From Bacteroidota bacterium (lineage in GTDB: Bacteria > Bacteroidota > Bacteroidia > Bacteroidales > UBA7960): 64,000 nucleotides of DNA. The stretch lies in assembly GCA_007693555.1 (NCBI GenBank), contig REDJ01000242.1, forward strand, positions 15 to 64,014, written 5' to 3'. The position numbers and the translations under genes are program-made. Under the pieces are notes generated by a model. It made no database searches. It was not told the origin of the DNA and was given only the letters and a program-made list of their open reading frames with translations. Of the stretch, positions 28,490 to 38,576 are shown in pieces. Position 1 is the stretch's first letter, and each line of letters opens with the position of its first letter.

Positions 28490-30694
28490 ATGATTGAAAC
28501 ATTAAGAGAAAAAACTTTAAAATCCCTTGACAATACGTATATTTCTCCAACTGCTCAAAAACAACTCAACAGGTTGCTGAAGGAGAATCCACGTCTTGAA
28601 CAAATTCTTGTGCATTCAGAAAATCTGGAGGATGCAAGGGCTGCCATTCGTGAGTGGGTAATGGAATATATGAATAAGCGTCCTGAAGCATATGATTTCT
28701 ATATGAATAAGATAAAAGGGCGTAAGGCCATGGAGAGCCTGTCCTGGCAGGATTATGCTGCCATCAGGTTACTGGATTATCTGGATCATGCCGGTATTAA
28801 AGTGGAAGACCTGAATCTGCGGGGAAAAATTGCAATTTCTGAACCTTTTAAAATGCTTTGGATGTCTGTGCAAAAAGGTTTAGGAGGCGCCCAAACCAAC
28901 TTCTTTCTTGATATGATTCACCTTTTCAGGCAATTCAGCGGGAAGGTAAATTTTGAACGTCCTGATGGCAAAAAGGTTATTGAATGGATGGAAAGACATC
29001 CGGGTGGTTTAGAACCTGAAATTGTAAAAATTCGTGAAAAAAATAAACAGCGCATCATTCACATTTTTGCAAAAAAAATTGAGAGCGGAGAAATTAAAAG
29101 TCCAAAATATAAATTTCCACCCAATCTAAGCTGGGATGAGAAAATTTCTTTAGTTAACCAATGGTGGGATGATCACGTTTTTCACCTTCGGTTTGCGGTC
29201 CGAAATCCTGATCTGCTAAATGAATTGCTTGATAACAGTCTTGATATTGAGACAATGAATGTTCTGCACAAGGCAAAAAAAAGAGGAATTCCCTTTTTTA
29301 TCAACCCTTATTACGTTTCATTGCTCAATGTTAATGAGCCTGATTTTGCCAAAGGCGCAGATCTTGCCATTCGCTACTATGTAGTTTATTCCAAACAACT
29401 CGTTGATGAGTTTGGACATATTGTAGCCTGGGAAAAAGAAGATATTGTTGAACCAGGCAAGCCCAATGCTGCCGGCTGGATTTTACCCACACACAATAAT
29501 GTTCACAGGCGATATCCTGAAGTTGCAATTCTTATACCAGATACCATGGGACGGGCATGCGCAGGATTGTGTGCTTCATGTCAGAGGATGTATGATTTCC
29601 AGCGTGGCAACCTCAACTTTGACCTGGACAAACTCAAACCCAAAGAAACCTGGGATAACAAACTGAAGCAGATAATGAAATACTGGGAACAGGACTCCAG
29701 TTTGTGTGATGTATTAATTACCGGAGGTGATGCCCTTATGAGTTCTGATGCTTCACTGGAAAAAATTCTCAATGCCGTTTATGAAATGGCGCTCAATAAA
29801 AAAGAAGCAAATAAAACACGTCCCGACGGTCAGAAGTATGCAGAAATACTTAGAGTAAGGCTTGGAACGCGACTGCCGGCTTATCTGCCTCAACGTATTA
29901 CTCCAAAACTTGGCGAAATACTGGCCGGTTTTAAGGAAAAGGCTTCCCGCATCGGTATCAGGGAGTTTGTTGTTCAAACCCACTTCCAGTCTCCCATGGA
30001 AATTACACCTGAAGCAAAACTTGGAATCGAGAGACTTAGCAAAGCCGGATGGATGGTTGCAAATCAACTTGTTTTTACTGCGCCGGCCTCACGTCGTGGT
30101 CACACTGCAAAACTAAGAAAGGAGCTCAATGATATAGGAGTTATGCCCTATTACACTTTTTCTGTAAAAGGATACATGGAAAACATGTCAAAATTTGCTA
30201 CCAATGCACGAGCCGTTCAGGAGCAAATGGAAGAAAAGGTAATTGGCAAGGTACCTGAAAAGTATCTTGATGAGATCAAAGATTATCCGCAAACAGCCGA
30301 AAAAATGGTTGAGCAGATCAATGAGCTTCGCAAAAAAGCTGACTTGCCATTCATTGCAACCGACCGAAATGTGCTAAACCTGCCAGGTGTGGGGAAAAGC
30401 ATGACCTACAGAGTGATTGGAATAACCCGGAGCGGAAGAAGAATACTGGAATTTGACCATGACCATACCAGAAGCCATAGCCCGATTATTGAGAAGCTTG
30501 GAAAATTTATTATTGTGGAGTCAAAATCCATTGCTGCATACCTTGACCAGCTTGAAGAAATGGATGAAGTGAAGAAAGAATATGAATCTATTTGGGGTTA
30601 CAGTATCGGAGAAACCGAATATCGTCCATCCTTGTTCGAATATCCGGCATACGATTTTAAGCTAACATCTGAAGTCACCAATTTTCAGGGATAG
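28490..30694 (+). CDS. KamA-family (lysine 2,3-aminomutase-like) radical SAM protein with a ~330 aa N-terminal extension
   Basis: CxxxCxxC cluster motif in GRACAGLCASCQRMYDF, followed by VLITGGDALM and VRLGTR..QTHF, typical of the KamA fold. At 734 aa it is much longer than canonical ~415 aa KamA. Confidence 0.65.
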   Translation: MIETLREKTLKSLDNTYISPTAQKQLNRLLKENPRLEQILVHSENLEDARAAIREWVMEYMNKRPEAYDFYMNKIKGRKAMESLSWQDYAAIRLLDYLDHAGIKVEDLNLRGKIAISEPFKMLWMSVQKGLGGAQTNFFLDMIHLFRQFSGKVNFERPDGKKVIEWMERHPGGLEPEIVKIREKNKQRIIHIFAKKIESGEIKSPKYKFPPNLSWDEKISLVNQWWDDHVFHLRFAVRNPDLLNELLDNSLDIETMNVLHKAKKRGIPFFINPYYVSLLNVNEPDFAKGADLAIRYYVVYSKQLVDEFGHIVAWEKEDIVEPGKPNAAGWILPTHNNVHRRYPEVAILIPDTMGRACAGLCASCQRMYDFQRGNLNFDLDKLKPKETWDNKLKQIMKYWEQDSSLCDVLITGGDALMSSDASLEKILNAVYEMALNKKEANKTRPDGQKYAEILRVRLGTRLPAYLPQRITPKLGEILAGFKEKASRIGIREFVVQTHFQSPMEITPEAKLGIERLSKAGWMVANQLVFTAPASRRGHTAKLRKELNDIGVMPYYTFSVKGYMENMSKFATNARAVQEQMEEKVIGKVPEKYLDEIKDYPQTAEKMVEQINELRKKADLPFIATDRNVLNLPGVGKSMTYRVIGITRSGRRILEFDHDHTRSHSPIIEKLGKFIIVESKSIAAYLDQLEEMDEVKKEYESIWGYSIGETEYRPSLFEYPAYDFKLTSEVTNFQG

Positions 30695-30738
30695 ATAGAT
30701 AAAGGAAAGTAAGAACCACCAACACAAAAGACTGTTTC

Positions 30739-31833
30739 TTAGTCCATTTCATCAATCAGGACTTCAACAATTCTTTTGGCAGCTTTTCCATCCCACATTT
30801 CCGGGATTCTTCCCGGCTTGAGGATTCCCTTCAGTACATCTTCGGCAAGTTTTTCTGCTTTTTCAAAGTCAAATCCGACAAGCTGATTGGTACCCACATC
30901 AAGGGTTACAATCCGTTCGGTATATTTTCTCACAGTAATACACTGGGCTCCCAGGTAAGTTGTCTCCTCCTGAATTCCCTCGCTATCGGTAATAACTACT
31001 TCTGCATTATACATCAGTGCCAGAAAATCAATGTACGGAATACGACCAGAAAGCAAAATCCCTGGTGATAATTCTTTGTCTAAACCTTTTTTTAAAAGTT
31101 TTTTGTGTGCATAATCGGGTAACAGCCAAATAACTTTACAACTTTTGCTCAGCCGTTTTATCATATCTGTAATTTCAGCCAGGTTTTGCTTTCTTTCCAG
31201 GTTTTCTTTATGTTGAAAGGTGGCCAGTATATAATTCTCGTCACCAAGCTTTAATGTATCCCGCACTGTTGATTCCTCCATATCTGACCAGTACATCTCA
31301 AGGACATCCACAAGGGGGTTGCCGGTAAAAAATATATTGTCAGAGTCTTCACCTTCATCGCGCAGATTTTTCATTGCACTATGCTCACTTACAAAATGGT
31401 ATTCACAAAGCACATCTGTAAGGATTCGGTTGATCTCTTCAGGATTGTATTTTTCAAAACTTCTTAGCCCGGCATCAATATGGGCAATTGGGATTTGCAT
31501 TTTGGAAGCCGTGATACCGCAAGCCAGTGTAGCATCCTGGTGTCCGGATAAAATTACAAGGTCGGGGCTTTCTTCCAGAAGAACCTTTTCAAAGTCAAGC
31601 ATAGTTTTTGCCGTTTGTGCAGCATGGCTGCCAAAGCCTATGGATATATAATGACTGGTTCTTGGAAAATCAATATCTTCAAATGAAGACAGGGAGGCTT
31701 TTTCGTCTTCTTCATTACCTGCATGGCATATCAGGTGTTTAACTTCTTTACGGTATTTTTTAAATGCCTTATCAATGGCTGATATTTTTAATAAATTTTG
31801 AGGTGTTGCAGCAAAGCTTATGACTTTCTTCAT
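30739..31833 (-). CDS. wecB: UDP-N-acetylglucosamine 2-epimerase (non-hydrolysing)
   Basis: LVILSGHQDATLACGITASKMQIPIAHIDAGLRSF and VVITDSEGIQEETTYLGAQCITVR. Confidence 0.85.
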   Translation of the reverse strand: MKKVISFAATPQNLLKISAIDKAFKKYRKEVKHLICHAGNEEDEKASLSSFEDIDFPRTSHYISIGFGSHAAQTAKTMLDFEKVLLEESPDLVILSGHQDATLACGITASKMQIPIAHIDAGLRSFEKYNPEEINRILTDVLCEYHFVSEHSAMKNLRDEGEDSDNIFFTGNPLVDVLEMYWSDMEESTVRDTLKLGDENYILATFQHKENLERKQNLAEITDMIKRLSKSCKVIWLLPDYAHKKLLKKGLDKELSPGILLSGRIPYIDFLALMYNAEVVITDSEGIQEETTYLGAQCITVRKYTERIVTLDVGTNQLVGFDFEKAEKLAEDVLKGILKPGRIPEMWDGKAAKRIVEVLIDEMD

Positions 31834-32025
31834 ACAAATGATTTTTAATAACTCTTTCGCCGGGGAATTCCTCAGGTTTTATAAAACATATAACCGGCAG
31901 GGGAAATGAAGGAGTAAAGATATGAAATTTTATGTGAATGTTCTATGGGCAAGATTTTACAAAATCATTAATGCAAGGCAATTTCATGGCTGCTTAAAAA
32001 TTTTATTTTATGAGCTTTTTTGTAT

Positions 32026-32033
32026 TAATTTTG
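32026..32033 (+). promoter_or_regulatory. Candidate -7 promoter box (TAatTTTG) for gldE-gldD
   Basis: taattttg, 26 nt upstream of the TTG start at 32059. Confidence 0.4.
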
Positions 32034-32058
32034 CAATGAAATCAAAGTAGTACATAAA

Positions 32059-33402
32059 TTGGAAGATACACCTGAGCCTTATTCGTGTTTTATTTCGGTA
32101 ATTTTATCATTCTTCAATACATTCAACGCAGAAGCAGCTACCGGCTTGCTGATAATGTTTCTTTTACTGGTATTTTCGGCCCTTGTTTCCGGTTCTGAAA
32201 TTGCTTTTTTCTCACTTAAACATTCTCAGTTAAATGATTTGCGTGAAAGTACCGAAACTGCTGCACAAAAAATCATTATTCTCCTGGAAAAACCCAAACG
32301 CCTGCTGGCTACTATTCTAATTACAAACAATGTTGTTAACATTGCTGTAATTATACTCTCTACTTTTGTAACCGCCATTGTTTTTAACTTCGAAGATTAC
32401 CTGATACTGGGATTTATTGTACAGATAATCGTGGTAACTTTTCTTATTTTGCTATTTGCCGAGGTACTCCCAAAAGTATATGCCACCCAGCACAATGTAA
32501 AATTTGCCCTGATGATGGCTGGTACTATGACTGCTTTAAGGAGAGTTTTTTACCCTATGAGTTCATTGTTGGTAAAATCAACAAATTTTATTGATAAACG
32601 TCTGGCAAAGAAGAAAACCGGACTAAGTGCCAACGAAATCTCCCATGCCATTGATATTACCCATGAGGAAAAAGGTACCGAGGATGACAAGCAATTGCTT
32701 TACGGAATAGTTCAATTCAGCAATATTTACGCCAGGGAAATTATGAAAAGCCGCATGGATGTTGTTGCAGTGGCTGAAGATACTCCCTTCAAAGAGCTTA
32801 TCAAAGTAATTGTTGAGGCAGGTTACAGCCGTATTCCTGTGTACAGGGAAAGTTTTGATAATGTTATTGGTATTCTGTATATTAAAGACCTTTTGCCTCA
32901 TCTGGATACGAATGAAGATATTAAATGGCAGAAACTCATCCGAAACTGTTTTTTTGTGCCTGAAAGTAAAAAAATCAATGACCTGCTCAAAGAATTTCAG
33001 GAAAAGAAAATTCACATGGCTGTTGTAGTTGATGAATACGGAGGTACATCAGGTATTGTTACCCTGGAAGATATACTTGAAGAAATTGTGGGAGAAATCA
33101 ATGATGAGTTTGATATTGAACAAACCATTTATTCCAAAATTGACTCATTGAATTACATGTTTGAAGGTAAAACCCTTCTGAAAGATTTCTGTAAAATTAC
33201 AGGAGTAGATTACAATATCTTCCACGAGATCAAGGGTGAGGCAGACACAATGGCCGGTCTAATCCTTGAAATCAAACAAGAGTTGCCCTACAAAGGAGAG
33301 AAAGTATCTTTTGATGATTTTGAACTGGTGGTCGACGCCGTTGATAACCGCAGAATTAAAAGAATTCATGTGAGGCTGAAAAAGAATTTTTCCGACGAAT
33401 AA
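32059..33402 (+). CDS. gldE: CNNM(DUF21)-CBS-CorC/HlyC family protein, GldE-like
   Basis: N-terminal 4-TM DUF21 region, a CBS pair (REIMKSRMDVVAV..SRIPVY..VIGILYIKDLL) and a CorC_HlyC C-domain. It lies immediately upstream of a GldD-like lipoprotein gene, as in Flavobacterium. The start is TTG and uncertain. Confidence 0.65.
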   Translation: MEDTPEPYSCFISVILSFFNTFNAEAATGLLIMFLLLVFSALVSGSEIAFFSLKHSQLNDLRESTETAAQKIIILLEKPKRLLATILITNNVVNIAVIILSTFVTAIVFNFEDYLILGFIVQIIVVTFLILLFAEVLPKVYATQHNVKFALMMAGTMTALRRVFYPMSSLLVKSTNFIDKRLAKKKTGLSANEISHAIDITHEEKGTEDDKQLLYGIVQFSNIYAREIMKSRMDVVAVAEDTPFKELIKVIVEAGYSRIPVYRESFDNVIGILYIKDLLPHLDTNEDIKWQKLIRNCFFVPESKKINDLLKEFQEKKIHMAVVVDEYGGTSGIVTLEDILEEIVGEINDEFDIEQTIYSKIDSLNYMFEGKTLLKDFCKITGVDYNIFHEIKGEADTMAGLILEIKQELPYKGEKVSFDDFELVVDAVDNRRIKRIHVRLKKNFSDE

Positions 33403-33465
33403 TGATAATTAAAACAATATTTGTTTTTATCCTGCGTCTTATTCCAGAGTAAAACAAACACATAT

Positions 33466-34053
33466 ATGCCTTTTAAAAAAACTATTTTTTTAATAATCAT
33501 ACTTTTTATTGTCATTGCCTTTTCATGCGAACAGGCTCATACCCCTTTACCTCGGGGTTATTTTCGTATTGACCTTCCCGAAAAAGAATTTATAATCTTT
33601 GATACAATTCATCCTTACAGTTTTTTAAAACCTGCTTATGCTCAGTTTATTCCCGATACCAGGCCGGATGCAGAAGCCTATTGGGGAGATTTGGTTTTCC
33701 TTGATTTTGGAGCATCTCTCCATTTAAGCTATAAAACCGTACAAGATTTCGATCAACTGAATGAATACGTTGAAGACAACAGAAATTTTGTAAACAGGCA
33801 TATCCCAAAGGCTACCGGTTTTCAGGAAAATGTTTATACAAATGAAGAAAATAATGTATACGGAGTTCTTTATGAAATAAGGGGCAGAGAAGCTGCTTCG
33901 CCCATGCAGTTTTACCTTACTGACAGCACCCGGCATTTTCTGCGAGGTGCTTTATATTTCAATGTTACTCCCAATAATGATTCTCTTGCTCCTGTAATCC
34001 GCTTTCTGGCTGAAGATATCCGTATTCTGATGGAAAGCCTTGAATGGAAGTAA
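33466..34053 (+). CDS. gldD: GldD-like gliding-motility lipoprotein
   Basis: I chose the internal ATG, giving MPFKKTIFLIIILFIVIAFSC (lipobox AFSC). Size is ~195 aa and it follows gldE. The call rests on synteny and size, not a strong motif. Confidence 0.55.
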   Translation: MPFKKTIFLIIILFIVIAFSCEQAHTPLPRGYFRIDLPEKEFIIFDTIHPYSFLKPAYAQFIPDTRPDAEAYWGDLVFLDFGASLHLSYKTVQDFDQLNEYVEDNRNFVNRHIPKATGFQENVYTNEENNVYGVLYEIRGREAASPMQFYLTDSTRHFLRGALYFNVTPNNDSLAPVIRFLAEDIRILMESLEWK

Positions 34054-34169
34054 CCTTTCCCCTGAAATTAATCTTTTTTAACCTGAAAACTTTTTTGTTT
34101 TTGTGTGTAACTTTATACCATAACAGTTCGTCACATTATCAAAAAACAAAAAGTAACATCCGGGATTGA

Positions 34170-34655
34170 ATGACTGCAAAAGAATACAATCAATGCGTTG
34201 ATGAGCATGCTGATGGAGTTTATCGGTTCATTCTTAAAAATATAAGAGATGAAGATAAGGCACGCGATGTTGTGCAGGATAGCTTTGAAAAGATGTGGAC
34301 AAAAGCAGGTGAAATATCTTTCGCAAAAGCGAAATCCTATCTGTTCACAACGGCATATCATACAATGATTGATAGTATTCGCAGAGATAAAAAGCAAACG
34401 GTTCTTGATGATGAAGCATTTAATACGCATTCGGTACACAATACATACTCTGATTTAAAAGAAGTTTTGAATGAAGCCCTTAATAAGTTGCCCGAGATAC
34501 AAAGACATGTTATTATGCTCAGAGATTATGAAGGTTATGCTTATAACGAAATCGGTGAAATTACAGGACTCAACGAATCACAGGTAAAAGTTTACATCTA
34601 CCGGGCAAGAATGTTTCTTAAAAATTATATAGGAAGCTTGGATGTAGTTGTATAA
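34170..34655 (+). CDS. ECF-type RNA polymerase sigma-70 family factor
   Basis: Region 2 DVVQDSFEKMW and region 4 HTH VIMLRDYEGYAYNEIGEITGLNESQVKVYIYRARMFLKNY. Confidence 0.85.
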   Translation: MTAKEYNQCVDEHADGVYRFILKNIRDEDKARDVVQDSFEKMWTKAGEISFAKAKSYLFTTAYHTMIDSIRRDKKQTVLDDEAFNTHSVHNTYSDLKEVLNEALNKLPEIQRHVIMLRDYEGYAYNEIGEITGLNESQVKVYIYRARMFLKNYIGSLDVVV

Positions 34656-34720
34656 ACTTTTATGATAAAACTGATACCCTGATTAAAAAAACATACTTCA
34701 AACCAGTAAACCTGCAAAAA

Positions 34721-35818
34721 ATGAATATTAACAGAGAAAATTACGGAGCTTACTTCCTCGATTACTACGAGGGAAACCTGACACAGAAGCAGGTAGTGGA
34801 GCTTATGGATTTTCTCTCGAAGCATACACACCTGAAAAAAGAGTTTGAGGCATTTGAAATGATTTATCTCTCTGAGGAGAAAAACATTACTTTACAGGAC
34901 AAAAATGTTTTGAAAAAATCTGAAGATGCAGTTCCCGGAGAGCAAAGTCAGGATATAAAAATGATTGCCTATTTTGAAGGAGACCTTGATGAAGAAAATT
35001 CTGCACATCTTTTGAGAACTGTGGCAAGCAATCCAGATTTGCAAAAAGACTTTCAATTGTACAGCAATCTGAAACTGGCTCCGGATAAAAATGTCATTTT
35101 CCCGAAAAAATCAACACTCAGGAAATATCCCCTGGGAGCATATATACCAGCGATACAGAGATTTGCTGTAGCTGCAGCAGTAATTGCATTCCTTGCAGGA
35201 ATCTTTTTTATGATGCCACGATTGGATGATACTCCGGAAATCGCCCAAACGATTCCGGTATCTGAAAAATCTGAAAAGGAAGAAGAAATGGCCTCTGAAC
35301 CTGAAGAAGTAAAACAAGAAGAAACTATATCAACTCCAGAAACACCTGCTCCCGCGACAAGGCCACAGCAGCAAACCATACCCATCAGGGCTTTTAGCCG
35401 CGATATTATGCCACAACCACTGGAGGTAGCTGAAATCGGGCCCATAAGAACCACTGCGCTTACCACCCAGGGTAAACCCGAAAAAATTGAAAAAAGAGAA
35501 GAATTCAAAGGGGTTTACTTTGCAAACCTTCTGTCCTATGAGGAGGAAATGGAAACTCAGAGAGTTACCGATCAGCAGCAATATGTTACCCTTGCCGGTC
35601 TTGCCACCACAGGCCTGGAAAGAACTACGGGTATCAACATCGAGGACATACAAAATGATATTTCCAATAATCGTTGGGGATTCTGGGATATTGCAGGTGC
35701 AGGGCTTGCAGGCTTAAGCAGACTAACAGGAACACCTCTTAATGTTGAGCAGGAAAGAGATGAAAATGGACGCCTGAGTCTGTTGGCAATTGGCGAGAGG
35801 TTCAGAGTTGAACGCTAA
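34721..35818 (+). CDS. Putative membrane anti-sigma factor
   Basis: It starts 65 nt after the ECF sigma gene. The N-terminal helix YFLDYYEGNLTQKQVVELMDFLSKH resembles an anti-sigma domain. There is a single TM helix (AVAAAVIAFLAGIFFMM) followed by an E/P/Q-rich linker. Confidence 0.45.
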   Translation: MNINRENYGAYFLDYYEGNLTQKQVVELMDFLSKHTHLKKEFEAFEMIYLSEEKNITLQDKNVLKKSEDAVPGEQSQDIKMIAYFEGDLDEENSAHLLRTVASNPDLQKDFQLYSNLKLAPDKNVIFPKKSTLRKYPLGAYIPAIQRFAVAAAVIAFLAGIFFMMPRLDDTPEIAQTIPVSEKSEKEEEMASEPEEVKQEETISTPETPAPATRPQQQTIPIRAFSRDIMPQPLEVAEIGPIRTTALTTQGKPEKIEKREEFKGVYFANLLSYEEEMETQRVTDQQQYVTLAGLATTGLERTTGINIEDIQNDISNNRWGFWDIAGAGLAGLSRLTGTPLNVEQERDENGRLSLLAIGERFRVER

Positions 35819-35824
35819 TCTGTA

Positions 35825-36757
35825 TTATGTTATTCCTGTGATGAGCGGCTCTCCGGCTGGTCTGATTTTTTTCCACCTTCTATGCGACCATAACCAACAC
35901 TCCGGTTGTTGCAAAATGTCTCTCTCCAGGTAAGATGTATGAAGAACTGTGAGCATACCCTCTTTTTCAAATGAGCCCGGTTCTTCGGTAATCAATTCAA
36001 GAACAACATCATAATAACCTCTTCCGGCTTTTTTCACATTGCCCCAGATGACAGGATAATCAAATTTTCGTGATAAAACTTCAGTGCCTTTATAGAAAGG
36101 TGTTTCCTGGTTCAGGAATTGAATCCAGAAAGCATTTTGTGCCGGCGGATTCTGATCTCCGATAAGGGCTGTTGCAGTTACATTCTTTCTTAATTTTAAC
36201 ATTTCCCTTGGCAATATTTTCATGGGTGTAATGATATTGCCGGTTCTGGAGCGTATTTTTAGCATAAACCAATCAAAGGCTTTATTACGTAAAGGCCTGT
36301 ATGCAGTAATAACCTGGTGATCCTGATATAAAGGAAATGCCGCTCCGGCCCATTCCCAGTTTCCGGTATGCGCCATTATAATCATAATACTCCTGCCCTG
36401 CCGGTGAAGCTCATTTAAAAATGCTACAGACTTCGCATCGTATCTTACTCTACTTTTTAACTCTGAAGGTGAAATGGTTGCAAGCTTTACATTTTCAACC
36501 ATCAGGTGAGAAAGATGGCGATAATATTTGCGTTCAATGACCCTACGTTCTTTTTCTGTTTTATGTGGAAATGCGTTTTTCAGGTTTTGTCTTATCACAT
36601 TACGCCGGTATTTAATAACATGATACCATAAAAAATACATGATCGAAGAAAAAAGATAAAGCACCCTCAAAGGCAATAAAGAAATAAGATACAGTAATCC
36701 AATGAAGAAAAATGAAACCAGTTCATTAATGTTATATGATTGTCTGCTCTTTTTCAT
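35825..36757 (-). CDS. Lipid A biosynthesis (Kdo)2-lipid IVA acyltransferase family (LpxL/HtrB-like)
   Basis: N-terminal TM helix, then the HX4E motif in IMAHTGNWEW. Size ~310 aa. Confidence 0.7.
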   Translation of the reverse strand: MKKSRQSYNINELVSFFFIGLLYLISLLPLRVLYLFSSIMYFLWYHVIKYRRNVIRQNLKNAFPHKTEKERRVIERKYYRHLSHLMVENVKLATISPSELKSRVRYDAKSVAFLNELHRQGRSIMIIMAHTGNWEWAGAAFPLYQDHQVITAYRPLRNKAFDWFMLKIRSRTGNIITPMKILPREMLKLRKNVTATALIGDQNPPAQNAFWIQFLNQETPFYKGTEVLSRKFDYPVIWGNVKKAGRGYYDVVLELITEEPGSFEKEGMLTVLHTSYLERDILQQPECWLWSHRRWKKIRPAGEPLITGIT

Positions 36758-36793
36758 TTTGGAACCCTAACAATTAAAAACCGTCTTCAGAGT

Positions 36794-38023
36794 TTATTGT
36801 TGATTCTCATCAAATTTCCATGGATTATAGAGCGGAGTATCATAGGGGTACCTTTTTTTATGAATTTCAAGCACATGTTCATAAAGTATCCTTCTGAAAT
36901 AATCAATGTTTTGCTTTTCTTTGGCCGAAATAAATATACAGGGAGCATTTTCCCTGGCCATCCAGGTTTGCTTCAATTCATCCAAAGTGGTATTTTCCTT
37001 TGTGGGAGGAGTAAGATCATCTTCCTCTTTTTCAACAAAAGAATACTTGTCAATTTTATTGAACACCATTATAGATTCTTTTTGCTCATCTTTACCTAAG
37101 ATTTCGTTCAGGGTTTCTTTTACAACTGTTATTTGCTCTTCAAAGTTAGGATGGGAAATATCTACCACATGCAGTAAAATATCTGACTCTCTCACCTCGT
37201 CCAGGGTTGATTTGAAAGACTCAATGAGATGGTGGGGTAGTTTTCTGATAAAACCAACTGTATCAGATAACAGAAATGGCAATGTTTCAATTACAACTTT
37301 TCTTACTGTCGTATCCAGAGTTGCAAAAAGCTTGTCTTCAGCAAATACTTCTGATTTACTCAGCATATTCATAATTGTTGATTTGCCCACATTGGTATAA
37401 CCAACAAGTGCAACTCTGACGAGTCTGCCCCTGTTGGAGCGCTGTGTTACTTTCTGCTTGTCAATCTGCTCCAGTTTCTTTTTGAGTAAAGCAATTCTGT
37501 CGCGAACAATGCGTCGGTCGGTTTCAATTTCCCGCTCGCCGGGTCCTTTCAGCCCGATACCCCCTTTTTGCCTTTCAAGGTGTGTCCACATGCCGGCAAG
37601 CCTTGGAAGAAGGTACTGATACTGGGCAAGCTCTACCTGGGTTCTTGCATGGGCACTGCGCGCCCGCAGTGCAAATATATCAAGGATAAGGTTGCTGCGA
37701 TCCAGCACCCTGCATTTTACTGTTCGTTCCACATTGCGTTGTTGTGATGGCGATAATTCATCATCAAATACAAGAATATCCACTTCATTTTCCTGGATAA
37801 AATCTTTTACCTCTTCAAGTTTGCCTTTACCGATAAAAGTTGCCTTGTCCGGTTTGTCAAGTTTTTGGGTAAATCTCCTGAGTGTTACACCTCCGGCTGT
37901 ATCCACCAAAAATTCAAGTTCATCAAGATATTCTTTGACAATGTCTTCAGTCTGGCGGCCCATAATAACTCCCACCAGTACAACTTTCTCTTTTTCTTTA
38001 GCTGTAGGAATATTTTCTGGCAT
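36794..38023 (-). CDS. hflX: GTPase HflX
   Basis: HflX N-domain (ELEFLVDTAGG), G1 VGYTNVGKST and DTVGFIRKLPHHLIESFKSTLDE. Confidence 0.92.
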   Translation of the reverse strand: MPENIPTAKEKEKVVLVGVIMGRQTEDIVKEYLDELEFLVDTAGGVTLRRFTQKLDKPDKATFIGKGKLEEVKDFIQENEVDILVFDDELSPSQQRNVERTVKCRVLDRSNLILDIFALRARSAHARTQVELAQYQYLLPRLAGMWTHLERQKGGIGLKGPGEREIETDRRIVRDRIALLKKKLEQIDKQKVTQRSNRGRLVRVALVGYTNVGKSTIMNMLSKSEVFAEDKLFATLDTTVRKVVIETLPFLLSDTVGFIRKLPHHLIESFKSTLDEVRESDILLHVVDISHPNFEEQITVVKETLNEILGKDEQKESIMVFNKIDKYSFVEKEEDDLTPPTKENTTLDELKQTWMARENAPCIFISAKEKQNIDYFRRILYEHVLEIHKKRYPYDTPLYNPWKFDENQQ

Positions 38024-38028
38024 TAAAA

Positions 38029-38364
38029 CTATTTATTACCGTGTGTTACAAAATAAAAAAATACAGATGACATTACTATCCACTGTGCAAAAATATCAGT
38101 AAGTCCATTAAAGTTCCAATAAGCCTGTAATATTGATAAAATCATGAGAACAATTGCTGATACCACTGTCAGGGAATGTTTACGTATAAATCCTCCTGCA
38201 AATAATAATACCCCAAAAACCAAAAAAACAGTGGCAAGGTAAAATTGTGGCTGGTTAAGATTGAAGTTCATGAATGTATTAAAAAACCATACAAATATCA
38301 TAAGCATACCTGCAATTCGCATGAGCCAGCTTGATAAACCGGTAAGATTTTTCCAGGGGTTCAT
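38029..38364 (-). CDS. Small integral membrane protein, unknown function
   Basis: 111 aa with 3-4 hydrophobic helices. It ends 5 nt before the hflX start. Confidence 0.5.
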   Translation of the reverse strand: MNPWKNLTGLSSWLMRIAGMLMIFVWFFNTFMNFNLNQPQFYLATVFLVFGVLLFAGGFIRKHSLTVVSAIVLMILSILQAYWNFNGLTDIFAQWIVMSSVFFYFVTHGNK

Positions 38365-38576
38365 TCTATAGTAAATTAGTTAACATTTTGGATAAATGGA
38401 ACTTGCTTGAAGAAGCTTTTATAATTAATCCGTTTTTACCGATGTCAATATCAATCCAATACCAGTTTTGTCAATTTATCTGTATAGTGTTTATGTCATC
38501 TGAAAAGAGATTGATTATAAACGTTATATTAACTGCAAAATTATTAGCGGATTGCTTTGAAAGTATTTTGATTGCT

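Noticed and set aside
35053-35508. 151 aa minus-strand ORF inside the putative anti-sigma gene
   Set aside because: It overlaps the low-complexity E/P/Q linker on the opposite strand. The plus-strand ORF is supported by its coupling to the ECF sigma gene and by a TM helix. The anti-sigma call itself is only moderate.
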